Assembly (NCBI GenBank): GCA_044225365.1
Contig: JBGAIQ010000004.1
Location: 96,001-160,000, forward strand
Source of the DNA: Planctomycetota bacterium
GTDB taxonomy: Bacteria; Planctomycetota; B15-G4; JADJEK01
Reading direction: 5' to 3'
Length of the DNA: 64,000 bases
A program made the translations under genes and the position numbers. The notes beneath the pieces were generated by a model. The model searched no databases. It had not been told where the DNA came from and was given only the letters and a program-made list of their open reading frames with translations. This document shows positions 1-10,130 of the stretch, in pieces (the first letter of the stretch is position 1; every line of letters begins with the position of its first letter).

Positions 1-578
1 TCGAAACCGGTGCGCTGCGCGCTCTGGGCCGCTCGGCTCGACGAGTCGTCGACCTCCAGCGGCCGCGACACCTCGAAACTCGAAGACGTCGGCGGCGCCT
101 CGCTGCGGCTCGCCGAGGATGCCGAAACGATCGGTTCGATCGTCTCCGAGGTCGCTTCGCGATTCTCCAGCAATGCGACGATGCGCTCGAACGTGGCGCG
201 GAACGACGCGTTCTCGTCCTCGGTGGCGGGTCGCGAGTCGTCGCGGATGCGATCGATCAGGTTCTTCACGACGTCGCCGGCGCTGAGGAGCACGGCGATG
301 ACGGGTTTCGTGACCTCGCGCGTTCCCTTGCGCATCTGGTCGAGCAGATCCTCGAGGCGATGAGTGAATTTCGCGATGTCGTCGAAGCCGAGCATCGAGC
401 TGTTGCCCTTCACCGTATGCACCGCTCGGAAGATGCGGTTCATCGTTTCGGCATCGGTCTGCTCGTGCTCGAGAGTCAGCAGGCACGACTCGTAGTCGGC
501 GAGGAGTTCGGTCGCTTCCTCGAGGAAACTCTGGATGATCGGGTCGACGTCCAAGAGCGGCGCTCCGGTAGTACGCAT
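1..578 (-). CDS. cheA: Chemotaxis histidine kinase CheA, N-terminal Hpt (P1) domain; runs off the left edge
   Basis: Not in the ORF track. Manual translation from ATG at 578 gives MRTTGAPLLDVDPIIQSFLEEATELLADYESCLLTLE...IFRAVHTVKGNSSMLGF...FTHRLEDLLDQMRKG, the CheA P1 signature (FLEEA, FRxxHTxKG). Divergent from an MCP gene. Confidence 0.9.
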   Translation of the reverse strand, partial: MRTTGAPLLDVDPIIQSFLEEATELLADYESCLLTLEHEQTDAETMNRIFRAVHTVKGNSSMLGFDDIAKFTHRLEDLLDQMRKGTREVTKPVIAVLLSAGDVVKNLIDRIRDDSRPATEDENASFRATFERIVALLENREATSETIEPIVSASSASRSEAPPTSSSFEVSRPLEVDDSSSRAAQSAQRTGF

Positions 579-627
579 CGCTGAAAGGGATTCGGATCGC
601 CACACGTCGCGTCCGGTCCGCGCCCAT

Positions 628-656
628 TCATCGACCGAACCGCGCGCTCCACTTGA
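628..656 (-). promoter_or_regulatory. Possible sigma28-like promoter for cheA
   Basis: Minus strand reads TCAAG-N16-GTCGATGA, resembling TAAA-N15-GCCGATAA, about 50 nt upstream of the cheA start. Confidence 0.35.
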
Positions 657-722
657 CGATTCCGTTGCCTCGCGCGTGAACCACGCGAGGCATGTTTCAA
701 CGCAACCCTCGCGAAGTTCCGT

Positions 723-750
723 TCAGCTGCAGGGCATCTCTGGCCGAAGA
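723..750 (+). promoter_or_regulatory. Possible sigma28-like promoter for the MCP gene
   Basis: TCAG-N16-GCCGAAGA, about 50 nt upstream of the MCP ATG. Confidence 0.3.
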
Positions 751-798
751 TCCGTCCTCATCTCCCCGATCCCTTCAAGCCGTTCCCGAGAGCTGCCC

Positions 799-3210
799 AT
801 GGGCATTCGTACCAAGTTCACATTGATGTTTCTCCTCGCGGGCCTCGTCCCGGTCCTCGTCGCGTCCTGGGTCGCGAGGACCTCCGCCGGAGACAGCCTG
901 CGTGCCGCGGCAGAGCGCACCGACACGACATTGCGCAAGCAGGTCGCGGATCGGATCTCGGCCGTGAGAGACGACCACAAGACAGCGCTCGAGCAGTTCC
1001 TCGGCAACGTGCTGAAACAGACCGAAGCGTTCGCCGAGGACCGAATGGTCATCGATGCCGCGATCGGATTCCGGAAGTCGTTCGCGAGTTATCGCGACGA
1101 ACTGAAGATCGACGATCCGAAGCTCGCGGAGATGAGGAAGGAACTCGGCGACTACTACAAGAGTCAATTCGCCGCCAATTATCGCGAGAAGAACCACGGC
1201 AAGGCGGTCGACGTCGGCCCCATCGTCGATCGGCTCGACGACGACGGCGTCGCCATCCAGCACGCCTACATCTTCGACAACAAGAACCCGCTCGGATCGA
1301 AGCACCTGCTCGACGCCTCGGACGACGGCTCGTCGTACTCGGCGCTCCACAAGGCCGTCCATCCGAGCATTCGAAGCTTCCTCGAGAAGTTCGGCTTCTA
1401 CGACATCTTCATCGCCGATCCGGAAACGAATCACGTCGTCTACACGTGTTTCAAGGAGACCGATTTCGCGACGGATCTGAAGAACGGCTCGTGGACGAAC
1501 ACGACCCTCGGCGCGGTCTATCGCTCGGCGCTCGAGGCGAAGAACGGCGATGGTGCGAATCTCGCGGACTTCGCCCAGTATCTGCCGTCCTACGACGATC
1601 CCGCGAGCTTCGTGTCGGTCCCGATCAAGGACCAAGGCAAGCTCGTCGGCATCGCGATGTTCCAACTCTCTCCCGAGTGGATCCAGACCGTGATGAACTC
1701 GCACTCGGGATTGGGCAAGACCGGCGACGCCTACCTCGTGGGCCCCGATCACCTGCTGCGCTCCACGAGCTTGCAGAACGCCGACCGCATGAATCTCGGC
1801 GACTCGTTCCGCAATCCCACCGTGATCAACGTCGACAATTCGGCGGTCACCGACGCCCTGCTCGGGAAGTCCGGCCTGACGACGATCGACCACGACGGTA
1901 AACCGCACCTCACGGCCTACGCACCCGCCACTTTCGGTGGCCTGCAGTGGGCCCTGCTCGTCGACATCGACGACGACGAGGCGTTCGCCGACGCGCGTGC
2001 CGCCGGCGTGGCGGCCGAAGCCGATCAATCCGAACTTGGCAAGCGCCTCATGATCTCCGCGATCATCACGACGCTGATCGTCAACCTCTTCGCGTTCTTC
2101 GCGGCGACTCGCTTTTCGAGTCCACTCCGCCATCTCGCGAGCGCACTCGAACGCGTGGCGAAGCACGATCTCACCGCACAAGTGAATCACCACTCGACCG
2201 ACGAAGTCGGCGTCCTCGCCGATGCCGCCCGCACGATGATCCAGGGGCTGTCGATGACGGTGACGGCCGTCCGTTCCAATTCGACCGAGGCTTCCGAGGC
2301 CTCGGCGCAGGTGCGCACCGCGGCCGCGACGCTCGCTCAACAGTCTCAGAGTCAGGCCGCGGCGCTCGAGGAAACGTCGGCGTCCGTCGAGGAGATCTCC
2401 GGCGCCGCGCGGCAGAACGCGGACAATGCGGAGAAGGCCGACCGGCTCGCGGCGACGGCGCGCGAAGTCGCGGTTCGCGGAGGCCAGGTGATCTCCGAGT
2501 CGGTGAGTTCGATGCACGCCATCAAGGACGCATCGCGCCGCATCGCCGAGATCATCGGCACGATCGACGAGATCGCCTTCCAGACGAACCTCCTCGCCCT
2601 CAACGCCGCGGTCGAGGCCGCGCGCGCGGGCGAGCAGGGCCGCGGCTTCGCGGTCGTCGCCTCCGAGGTCCGCAGCCTCGCGGGCCGCAGCGCCACCGCC
2701 GCGAAGGAGATCAAGACGCTCATCAACGACGCGCTCGAGAAGGTCGATTCCGGCGCCAACAAGATGGACCGCTCCGGTCACACTTTGGAAGAGATCGTGC
2801 TCTCGGTGAAGAGCGTGGCCGAGATCGTCGCCGAGATCGCCGCCGCGACCCGCGAGCAATCGATCGGGCTCTCCGAGATCACGACCGTCGTTTCGAAGAT
2901 GGACCAGGTCACGCAGACCAATTCGCAGCAGGCCGACAAGCTGCTCGGCCTCTCCCAGACGCTGGAAGCGCGCTCGACCGAACTGCGCGCCACGGTGCGC
3001 GGGTTCAAACTTCCCGAGAAGTCGGCGGCCACCGCCGTCGCCGCCGTCGCCGCCGTCGCCGCCACGGAAGCCGTGAACGAGGCCGCCGATTTCGTGACGA
3101 GCGACTCGCTCGATTCGAACGACGCGCAGCCCATGATGGTGGCGGACTTCTCCGACTTCCCGACCACCTCGATGGACGGCACGCAGAACGACGAAACCAC
3201 CGAGTTCTGA
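799..3210 (+). CDS. Methyl-accepting chemotaxis protein (2 TM, Cache-like periplasmic domain, HAMP, signalling domain)
   Basis: IAFQTNLLALNAAVEAARAGEQGRGFAVVASEVR signature; two hydrophobic segments; start moved to MGIRTKFTLMFLL. Confidence 0.95.
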   Translation: MGIRTKFTLMFLLAGLVPVLVASWVARTSAGDSLRAAAERTDTTLRKQVADRISAVRDDHKTALEQFLGNVLKQTEAFAEDRMVIDAAIGFRKSFASYRDELKIDDPKLAEMRKELGDYYKSQFAANYREKNHGKAVDVGPIVDRLDDDGVAIQHAYIFDNKNPLGSKHLLDASDDGSSYSALHKAVHPSIRSFLEKFGFYDIFIADPETNHVVYTCFKETDFATDLKNGSWTNTTLGAVYRSALEAKNGDGANLADFAQYLPSYDDPASFVSVPIKDQGKLVGIAMFQLSPEWIQTVMNSHSGLGKTGDAYLVGPDHLLRSTSLQNADRMNLGDSFRNPTVINVDNSAVTDALLGKSGLTTIDHDGKPHLTAYAPATFGGLQWALLVDIDDDEAFADARAAGVAAEADQSELGKRLMISAIITTLIVNLFAFFAATRFSSPLRHLASALERVAKHDLTAQVNHHSTDEVGVLADAARTMIQGLSMTVTAVRSNSTEASEASAQVRTAAATLAQQSQSQAAALEETSASVEEISGAARQNADNAEKADRLAATAREVAVRGGQVISESVSSMHAIKDASRRIAEIIGTIDEIAFQTNLLALNAAVEAARAGEQGRGFAVVASEVRSLAGRSATAAKEIKTLINDALEKVDSGANKMDRSGHTLEEIVLSVKSVAEIVAEIAAATREQSIGLSEITTVVSKMDQVTQTNSQQADKLLGLSQTLEARSTELRATVRGFKLPEKSAATAVAAVAAVAATEAVNEAADFVTSDSLDSNDAQPMMVADFSDFPTTSMDGTQNDETTEF

Positions 3211-3339
3211 CGCTTCGCGCACTCGGGCAAGGTCGAATCGAGCCGAATCCCCGCGATTCCTGAATGACCTTTCACGATTCGGCTCGGCGTGCGACCGATC
3301 CGAATCAAACTTCTCTCGTCCCGCGGTGTATTGACCGTG

Positions 3340-6300
3340 ATGGACGATTCGACGCCCACCTCCCCGGAAGCAATTCTCCTCGCCGCGTTGCGCGATGAGG
3401 GATGGCTCTTGCGACTCGCGCGGCACCTCGTGCCGACGAATCCCGCCGACGCCGACGACCTCACCCAGGATCTCGCCGTGATCCTGTTCTCGAGATCGCG
3501 CGGTAAGCAGGTCGATCCGGTGCGGGTTCGAGCGAGTCTCGTGGTGGCGCTGCGCAATCGCGCGAAGAACCTCTTCCGGTCGATGGCTCGACGCGCACGC
3601 CGTGAGCAATCGGCGGCGAGCACGGAGCGCGTCGAATCGACGGCATCGCTCGTGGCCCGAAGGGATCTTCACTCCATCGTCGCGCGTGAACTGCTTGCGC
3701 TCGAAGAGCCCTATCGAACGACCCTGCTTCGACGCTTCTTCGAGGATCGCTCGCCCGACGAGATCGCGGAACTCGACGCGGTGCCGTCCACGACGGTGCG
3801 GTGGCGCCAGCATCGCGGAATCGCGTTGTTGCGCGAACGGCTCGACGCTCGCCACCACGGCGACCGCGACGAGTGGCTGCGCGCCCTCGCACCTCTGCTC
3901 ACGAACATCCCCACGCCTCACGCCGTGCCGCTCGCTGGAACGATCGTCATGAAATCGAATCTCGCCGTGATCGGCGCATCCGTTGCCCTCCTCCTCATCG
4001 GCGCCTGGTTGTGGTCGAGCGGCTCGGTCACGACAGGAGTAACCGAAACGCTCTCGCAGACGAGTTCCTCGTCATCGATCTCGGGCCCGCCCCTTGCCCG
4101 GGAAGATTCCAAGGAGTCGGTCGCGAGGAGCCCCGCTGTCGCGGAACCCGTAGCGAGCGAGCCACGCACGGTTCCGTCCCCCACGGCGCGTTTGACGATG
4201 CGAGTCGTGGACGACGCTGGCGGCCCAATCCGCGGCGCTCACCTCATCGCAACCTCGATCTCGACGAGCGGCGAGACCTATGCGACCGACCCGCGGGCGA
4301 CCAGCGACGAACGAGGATTCATCACTCTCGATGTGAGTCCGAGCGACTCCACATCGCAGCCGGTTGCCAACAGCGTCTCCATCGCGCTCGTTCTGCGCGC
4401 GGATGGCTTCGTGGGCAGGATCGTTCCGACGCTCGCGCGAGTCGGGGGTGGGGTCGACCTCGGCACATTCGCAATGGGTCGAGCCAGTTCCTTGACAGGT
4501 CGTGTCGTCTTCGCGGGCGGCGGCGGCGTTTCGGGAGCACTCGTGTCCAGCGGACCGGAGATGCCGGAGATATGCCCCCTCGGCGACACGGGCGAACTCG
4601 AGTTCCCCGCCACGCGCTCGAATCCCGACGGTACGTTCCGTCTCGACGGCATTCCTCCTGGCAATGCTTGGATCCTCGCCGCGAACGAACGACTCGAATC
4701 GACGAAACGGATCGATGTTGCGCTGCGGGCGGGTGAATCGAGGGAGTTGGGAGAACTCACCCTCGAATCGACGAAGGACGCCGACGCGCTCATCGCGCAC
4801 GGAATCGTGATCGACGCCGAAGGTGTCCCCGTGGACGCGGCGAGGATCGAGATTCGCAAGAGTCGCCTGCCGGAAGGTGGACGCGGCCGTGCGTCGACCA
4901 CGACCTACACCGACCTCACCGGGCGATTCGCGACACACGTCGAGGGGGATCGCGAGGATCCGTTCGAGATCTTCGCCTTCGATACTCGTGGACGGTTCGC
5001 ACTCACCTCGTTACCCGCGCGACTCCTCGACGGTCGAGCGGTTCGAATCTCGATGTCACGGCTCCCGCTCTCCGAACTCTGCGTCGTCGACGATTCGGGC
5101 CGCGCGGTACAGGATTTCGCGGCCTATCTCGAGATCCTCGATCCCGCCGATGCCACGGAGCGGCTCGCGATGACCTCGTGCTTTGGAGTACGACGTCACT
5201 TTGACGGTCGAATGGCGATCGGCAAGCCGCGGCAACCGTTCTTCGTCGTGATCGATGCACCGGGTCATCGTTCGGGCCGATTCGGTCCCTTCGATCCGAT
5301 CTCGTCCGAGTCGATCCGGTGCACCATCGGTCGGAATCACAGCATTCGAGGCGTCGTCACGTCCCGCGGGTCCCCCGTTCGTGACGCGATCGTCTGCCTC
5401 GTGCGACCCGCGAAGCGGACCGACGAGTTCCCGGCGCTGCCGGTCGTTGCGGGAGCGTTCCTCTCCGAAGGGCAATCCGCGGGCGCCAGCGTGCCCGTGC
5501 GAACGGATTCGGAGGGCCGTTTCGAGATCGCCGGAAACCAATCGGGTCCGCATCGGCTCCACGTCCGGAAGGCGGGCATGGGATCCGCCGAATCCGAAGT
5601 CTTCGAATACGATCCCAATCGCGCGAGTCCCACGCTAGAGATCGATCTCCCCCCGGCGGCAACGATCGAAGGCGCGATCGAGGTCGATCCTGGCGATCGA
5701 GTCGCACGCCGCATCGTCGGCGCATCGATCGGGGACGGGTTCGTGCACACGACTCGCACCGATGCGACGGGGCGATTTCGATTCGAGGATCTCGAACCGG
5801 GCCGTTGGATCGTCGCTCCTTGCGCGATGGAGGTCGATCTCGACGCAGGATTCCCGGCGTGTGAGATGCGCGAGCACAGCGAGGATCCGAGCCCGAGCAC
5901 GACCGTCGTCCTCACGACGGGGTCGAATGCGACGGTGAAACTCGACCTGCGACGCAAGGACGTCGCCATCCTGTACGGCCGGATTTCCTTTCCGGGGCGC
6001 GCGTGGGGTCCCCACGCTGTTTCGCTCGATCGAATCCTCGATGATTCGAAAGTCGACCGCACCGCACGCCGAACGACGAGTGTCGACCCGGACGGCACCT
6101 ACCGTCTCGATCTCCCGACGGCCGGCAAGTGGCGACTCAACGTGGTGTGTTCTCTCTCGTCCCTGACGATCCAGAAGGACCTAGAGATCCGCTTTGGTGA
6201 GAACGAGTGGTCGATCGAGGTCGCCACCGGGGCGATCGAGTTCTCGCCGGTCGCCGACTACGTTCCACTGCGACTGGAGCGAATCGATCCCTTTTCCGGA

Positions 6301-6489
6301 GTCCTATTCCGAGTCGATTGCGCTGCAGTCCCCGGGAACGACCGCCGCATCGAGCCCGTGTTCGCAGGAAGCGGCCGGCTGTTGCACCTCGACCCGGGTC
6401 CACACGAATCTCCCGTGGTCGATCCCACGAAACCCGCGGTCGACATCGTGGTGCCTGCCAGTGGCACACTGGCGGTCGACTTGAATTGA
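3340..6489 (+). CDS. ECF-type sigma factor fused to a TM helix and a large extracytoplasmic region with carboxypeptidase-regulatory-like beta repeats
   Basis: Sigma2-like (LLRLARHL..ADADDLTQD) and sigma4 (LEEPYRTTLLRRFFE..SPDEIAELDAVPSTTVRWRQHRG) regions, a TM helix (VIGASVALLLIGAWLW), then repeated T/SDxxGxF motifs. Confidence 0.85.
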   Translation: MDDSTPTSPEAILLAALRDEGWLLRLARHLVPTNPADADDLTQDLAVILFSRSRGKQVDPVRVRASLVVALRNRAKNLFRSMARRARREQSAASTERVESTASLVARRDLHSIVARELLALEEPYRTTLLRRFFEDRSPDEIAELDAVPSTTVRWRQHRGIALLRERLDARHHGDRDEWLRALAPLLTNIPTPHAVPLAGTIVMKSNLAVIGASVALLLIGAWLWSSGSVTTGVTETLSQTSSSSSISGPPLAREDSKESVARSPAVAEPVASEPRTVPSPTARLTMRVVDDAGGPIRGAHLIATSISTSGETYATDPRATSDERGFITLDVSPSDSTSQPVANSVSIALVLRADGFVGRIVPTLARVGGGVDLGTFAMGRASSLTGRVVFAGGGGVSGALVSSGPEMPEICPLGDTGELEFPATRSNPDGTFRLDGIPPGNAWILAANERLESTKRIDVALRAGESRELGELTLESTKDADALIAHGIVIDAEGVPVDAARIEIRKSRLPEGGRGRASTTTYTDLTGRFATHVEGDREDPFEIFAFDTRGRFALTSLPARLLDGRAVRISMSRLPLSELCVVDDSGRAVQDFAAYLEILDPADATERLAMTSCFGVRRHFDGRMAIGKPRQPFFVVIDAPGHRSGRFGPFDPISSESIRCTIGRNHSIRGVVTSRGSPVRDAIVCLVRPAKRTDEFPALPVVAGAFLSEGQSAGASVPVRTDSEGRFEIAGNQSGPHRLHVRKAGMGSAESEVFEYDPNRASPTLEIDLPPAATIEGAIEVDPGDRVARRIVGASIGDGFVHTTRTDATGRFRFEDLEPGRWIVAPCAMEVDLDAGFPACEMREHSEDPSPSTTVVLTTGSNATVKLDLRRKDVAILYGRISFPGRAWGPHAVSLDRILDDSKVDRTARRTTSVDPDGTYRLDLPTAGKWRLNVVCSLSSLTIQKDLEIRFGENEWSIEVATGAIEFSPVADYVPLRLERIDPFSGVLFRVDCAAVPGNDRRIEPVFAGSGRLLHLDPGPHESPVVDPTKPAVDIVVPASGTLAVDLN

Positions 6490-6541
6490 CGCGAGAGGGC
6501 CACGGTAGCCCCCTCGCTCTCTCAGACTGCGGCGTTCGTGG

Positions 6542-8881
6542 TCATCCCCGCACTCTACCGAGACGCTTGTCCACGTCGGCGGCGAAGCGCTGGATGCCCT
6601 TCAAGACCCACGGCCACGTGAGGTGCGACTCGTCGAGGATCTCGTCGACGCTGCCGCCCGTGCGCCACCGATCGTCGTAGTCGGGCGAGAGCGTGTACTC
6701 CTCGCAGACCTTGTTCGCGTACCAGTCGTGCATCGAACGGCGCGCGTTGTTCGTCACGCACATCGAATTCTGCCACTCGGTCCAGGGCAGCACGCGATCG
6801 CGATACTCCTGCGACTGCTGGTCGAAGAGATGCCGGCTCGGCGCCGCGACGAACTTCACGTTCGGGAGTTCGTCCCTGTGGTCCTTCAGGAGTTCGAAAG
6901 CCGCCTTCACGGGGCTCGTGCCGCGGAAGATCACGGTGCCGGCGCGCGGGCCCTTCTTGTCGTCGAAGTCCTTCAGCACGTACGCGCCCTTCGCCGCAGC
7001 GAGGTAGCTGTCGGAGCCGAGCGCCTCCCGATCCGGTGTCGTGACGTTGGGTCGCGTGAGGTGGAGGGCGATGATCGCGACCTTCGAGTTCGCCTCGCTC
7101 ATCGCCGCCGCGAGCAGCGTGACCGTCTCGTTGTAGTCGAAGGGATGCAGATCGATCGCATGACCCTTGGGGAAGAGATCGAGCACGCCCGGGGAGTAGA
7201 TGCCGAAATGGGTGCGGCTGTCCTCGGCCGTTTCGGGGCCGGAGTGGCCCGCGACCCAGATCGTGCGACCGACCTTCAACTGGCTGTCCTGCGCGAGCTG
7301 GGAGAAGAGGCGCATCGGGCCGTACTTCAGGTACGAGAACGAGCCATAGGTCGCGCACGCGGTGTAGTAGCCGACGAAGTCCTTCTCGGGAGTCGAAGAG
7401 AAGTTCACGGACGACGCACCCACCATCATCGCGGAGTTCGCGAACTCGGTGATCTGCTGCGGAATGAGGCAGCCCTCGCGATGCGTGTTCCGCTCGTACC
7501 AGTCGAAGCCCTTGAAGTCGCCGTAGGCCTTCGCAAAGCCCGCGATGTTCGTCGACTCGGCGAGGTCGGCGGCGCAGACGAGGAACAACGGACGGCCCGC
7601 GACATCGGCGGCGATCGCGTTGACGTAGGCGCCCCAATTGCCGAATCCCTGCCGGTTCGGAGCCTGCGTGCCGGGCGCGAGGAACAAGTCCTTCGGGTAC
7701 TTCGTGATGTCGGTGATGCGCGGGTCCTTCGCGGGGTCCTTCGCGCGGCTGAAGCGAATCGTCGAGTCCTGCGTCGGAACGGCTTCCGCCGTCTTCACGA
7801 GCTGACCCGCGATGAACTTCACGAGGTCCTTGTCACGCGAAAGGACGTCGAGGACGATCTCGATGTTCGCTTTCGTCTGCGCCCGGAATTCCTTCGCGTC
7901 CTTGGGAGCCGCTTCGCCGAAGCCGACGAACTTCACGCCGTACTTGTCCTGGAAGGGCGCTTTCGTGCGCCAGAACACATCGCTGTTCGGCTTGTGCGCG
8001 GTGCCGTGAGACTTGTAGCCCTCGACCTCCTTGCCGTAGCCGCGACCCTTCGTGTTCTTCGCCCATACCATTCCCGGGCGACCGTTCTTGTTCGCGTCGT
8101 TGAGGATCGTGCGATAGGCCGCGATCACCTGCGTGAAGTCTTCCCCCTGCTCCGCGCCGGCGACGCGCCATCCGTAGGGCTCGAACCACGATTTCGGGTC
8201 GCCGTGCACCAGGGCAGAATGCGAGGGATGGTCGATTCCGTGGTTGTTCCAGTCGAGGACGACGACGAAGTTTTCGAGGCCGAGACCCCACGACGCGTTC
8301 TTCATCTCGTGGACGCCGCCCGCCGAGAGGCCGCCTTCACCATCCATCGCGAAGACGTTCACGTCGCGAGCGCCAGAATGCAACAGCGCGAGCGCCTCGC
8401 CGGCCGCGGAGGGCAACCCGTGACCCGACGGCCCCGTGTTCCACTTCACGAAGAGCGTCTTGCCCTCCATCTCGGCGTGGCCCGGAAGTCCCTTGTTGCG
8501 CCGGAAGTCGAGAAGGTCCATCGCGGTGAGCACGCGATGGGCGTCGGCGGAGAGTTGGAACCGAGCGTCGCCGCTCTGGGAGTGCGCGGCCCGCATCGCC
8601 TCGTTCAGGAGGGCGAGGACCGAGTACAGCATCGGCGTGCAGTGACCCGCACCGAGCACGAATCGATCCCCGAACGAGAGTCCGGGTTGCCGGATATCGA
8701 AGCGCATCGCGCCTGACAACAGCAGACTCGTCATCAAGTGGACTTTCGACCGCGACCCGCCCGGATGCCCGCTCTGGCGGTGATTCAAGGTCAGGTCGAT
8801 GAGTTGATCGACGAGGTCCTTGGTCTTCTCGAAGTGCGGGAGGGCTGCCTTCAGCTCGGCGTCGGAGAGGATATTTCGCAT
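6542..8881 (-). CDS. Transketolase-family ThDP enzyme (single chain)
   Basis: SGHPGGS, DRFVLGAGH, LPGHAE, TGPSGHG, ADLAEST, ITEF and THFG motifs of transketolases. Confidence 0.85.
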   Translation of the reverse strand: MRNILSDAELKAALPHFEKTKDLVDQLIDLTLNHRQSGHPGGSRSKVHLMTSLLLSGAMRFDIRQPGLSFGDRFVLGAGHCTPMLYSVLALLNEAMRAAHSQSGDARFQLSADAHRVLTAMDLLDFRRNKGLPGHAEMEGKTLFVKWNTGPSGHGLPSAAGEALALLHSGARDVNVFAMDGEGGLSAGGVHEMKNASWGLGLENFVVVLDWNNHGIDHPSHSALVHGDPKSWFEPYGWRVAGAEQGEDFTQVIAAYRTILNDANKNGRPGMVWAKNTKGRGYGKEVEGYKSHGTAHKPNSDVFWRTKAPFQDKYGVKFVGFGEAAPKDAKEFRAQTKANIEIVLDVLSRDKDLVKFIAGQLVKTAEAVPTQDSTIRFSRAKDPAKDPRITDITKYPKDLFLAPGTQAPNRQGFGNWGAYVNAIAADVAGRPLFLVCAADLAESTNIAGFAKAYGDFKGFDWYERNTHREGCLIPQQITEFANSAMMVGASSVNFSSTPEKDFVGYYTACATYGSFSYLKYGPMRLFSQLAQDSQLKVGRTIWVAGHSGPETAEDSRTHFGIYSPGVLDLFPKGHAIDLHPFDYNETVTLLAAAMSEANSKVAIIALHLTRPNVTTPDREALGSDSYLAAAKGAYVLKDFDDKKGPRAGTVIFRGTSPVKAAFELLKDHRDELPNVKFVAAPSRHLFDQQSQEYRDRVLPWTEWQNSMCVTNNARRSMHDWYANKVCEEYTLSPDYDDRWRTGGSVDEILDESHLTWPWVLKGIQRFAADVDKRLGRVRG

Positions 8882-8948
8882 CCCGTCTATTTGAGCGACC
8901 CGACGCGATCAGGTCGAGCGTCCGGTCGCGGGGGGCGCCCCGGCAGAT

Positions 8949-9055
8949 CGGCGGTCACGGACCGCGTCCGCCGCCGCCGTTTTGCAAGTCGGCGGACACG
9001 GATCGCAGCCGCCGCCGCCGGAACCGGCGGACACGGATCGCAGCCGCCGCCGCCG
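8949..9055. repeat. Cluster of three REP-like palindromic repeats (CGGCGGWCACGGAYCGC..CCGCCGCCGCCG)
   Basis: Copies at 8949-8979, 8990-9020 and 9025-9055 (the last two are identical 31-mers); the same family recurs at 20718-20786. Confidence 0.75.
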
Positions 9056-9057
9056 AC

Positions 9058-9993
9058 TTAGCAGCGCGCGTGCTGGGGGACGATGAGTTCGCCCTCGTCG
9101 AGCGATCCGCCCGCCCCGTCGAGGAGCGTCCCGCAGATCATCAGGTACTCGGGAGAGACGAGGGTCGTTGGGCGGAAGCGCGAGCCGCGGAACTTGTCCG
9201 GGCAGAAGTGGAGCACGACGTGCTCGAAGGCTTCGCTCGTTCCCTCGCTGATGGAAGCGATGATCGAATTCAGTTCGGGCAGAGTCGGCGCGATGACATC
9301 GAACAGCGCGAGTGCGCCGTCCTGGATCTCGAAAGCGACGATCGTGTCGAGCGCGGGCAGATGTGCAAGACGCAGGAAGCCGCCGGTCTCCATGATCTCA
9401 TTCAGCATGAACAGATCGACGCCTTCGCGCGCCATCGCGAGGCGATTCGAGAGCGCTTCGCGCAAGGCGAACTTGCGTCGAAACAACTCGACGTCCGCGG
9501 GTCGACGATGATCGAGCGCGCGCATCGGACTCACGGAAAGCGGTGGGCCTCGAGGATCGAGAAGTTCGTACGTGACCTGCTCGACGACTCGGAATCCGAA
9601 CTTCCGATAGAGGTCGGGTTCGAGCGTGAAGAGCGCTACCGCGTCGAACTCGCGATCGCACTGCGCGAGCGCCGACTCCATCACCTGCCGCATGAATCCG
9701 CGGCCCTGGAAGAGGGGATGCGTGCAGACCGCATGAATGCCGGCCACTCGCAGCCGACGCCCGGCATACATCCACGGCATCACCATCACGCCGGCGTGCG
9801 CAACGGGCATCTCCGCGGTCGGTGCGAAGTGAGCCGTCGACAGCTCGTGCCAACGCAGTCCGATACGCTCCGCCTCGAGGACGGAGTCCGAAACACCGGG
9901 CCACGCGGTCTCGAGCAGACCTCGCAACCGCGGCGCGTGAGGGGCGAATACGGAGGCCCCTCCACTCGATTTCGGTGGGTGCGTCAGTGTCAT
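9058..9993 (-). CDS. GNAT-family N-acetyltransferase
   Basis: VCTHPLFQGRGFMRQVM acetyl-CoA motif A and LYRKFGF; start uncertain (9993 or 10029). Confidence 0.85.
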   Translation of the reverse strand: MTLTHPPKSSGGASVFAPHAPRLRGLLETAWPGVSDSVLEAERIGLRWHELSTAHFAPTAEMPVAHAGVMVMPWMYAGRRLRVAGIHAVCTHPLFQGRGFMRQVMESALAQCDREFDAVALFTLEPDLYRKFGFRVVEQVTYELLDPRGPPLSVSPMRALDHRRPADVELFRRKFALREALSNRLAMAREGVDLFMLNEIMETGGFLRLAHLPALDTIVAFEIQDGALALFDVIAPTLPELNSIIASISEGTSEAFEHVVLHFCPDKFRGSRFRPTTLVSPEYLMICGTLLDGAGGSLDEGELIVPQHARC

Positions 9994-10130
9994 CGGTCTT
10001 CGACTACGGTTTCCGCACGCAACGAACACTACCGTCGGTTCGTCGCGGGCCGGATCCGATTCAGGCTGGATCTTCTATCGAGCGGAAGCGGAACGGGTCT
10101 TTAGGTTGGAAAAGCACCGAACCCGTGCCC

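Noticed and set aside
775-3921. 1048-aa minus-strand ORF and similar long antisense ORFs (6623-8716, 17336-20152, 30468-32588, 57750-60005)
   Set aside because: Shadows of well-supported genes on the opposite strand.
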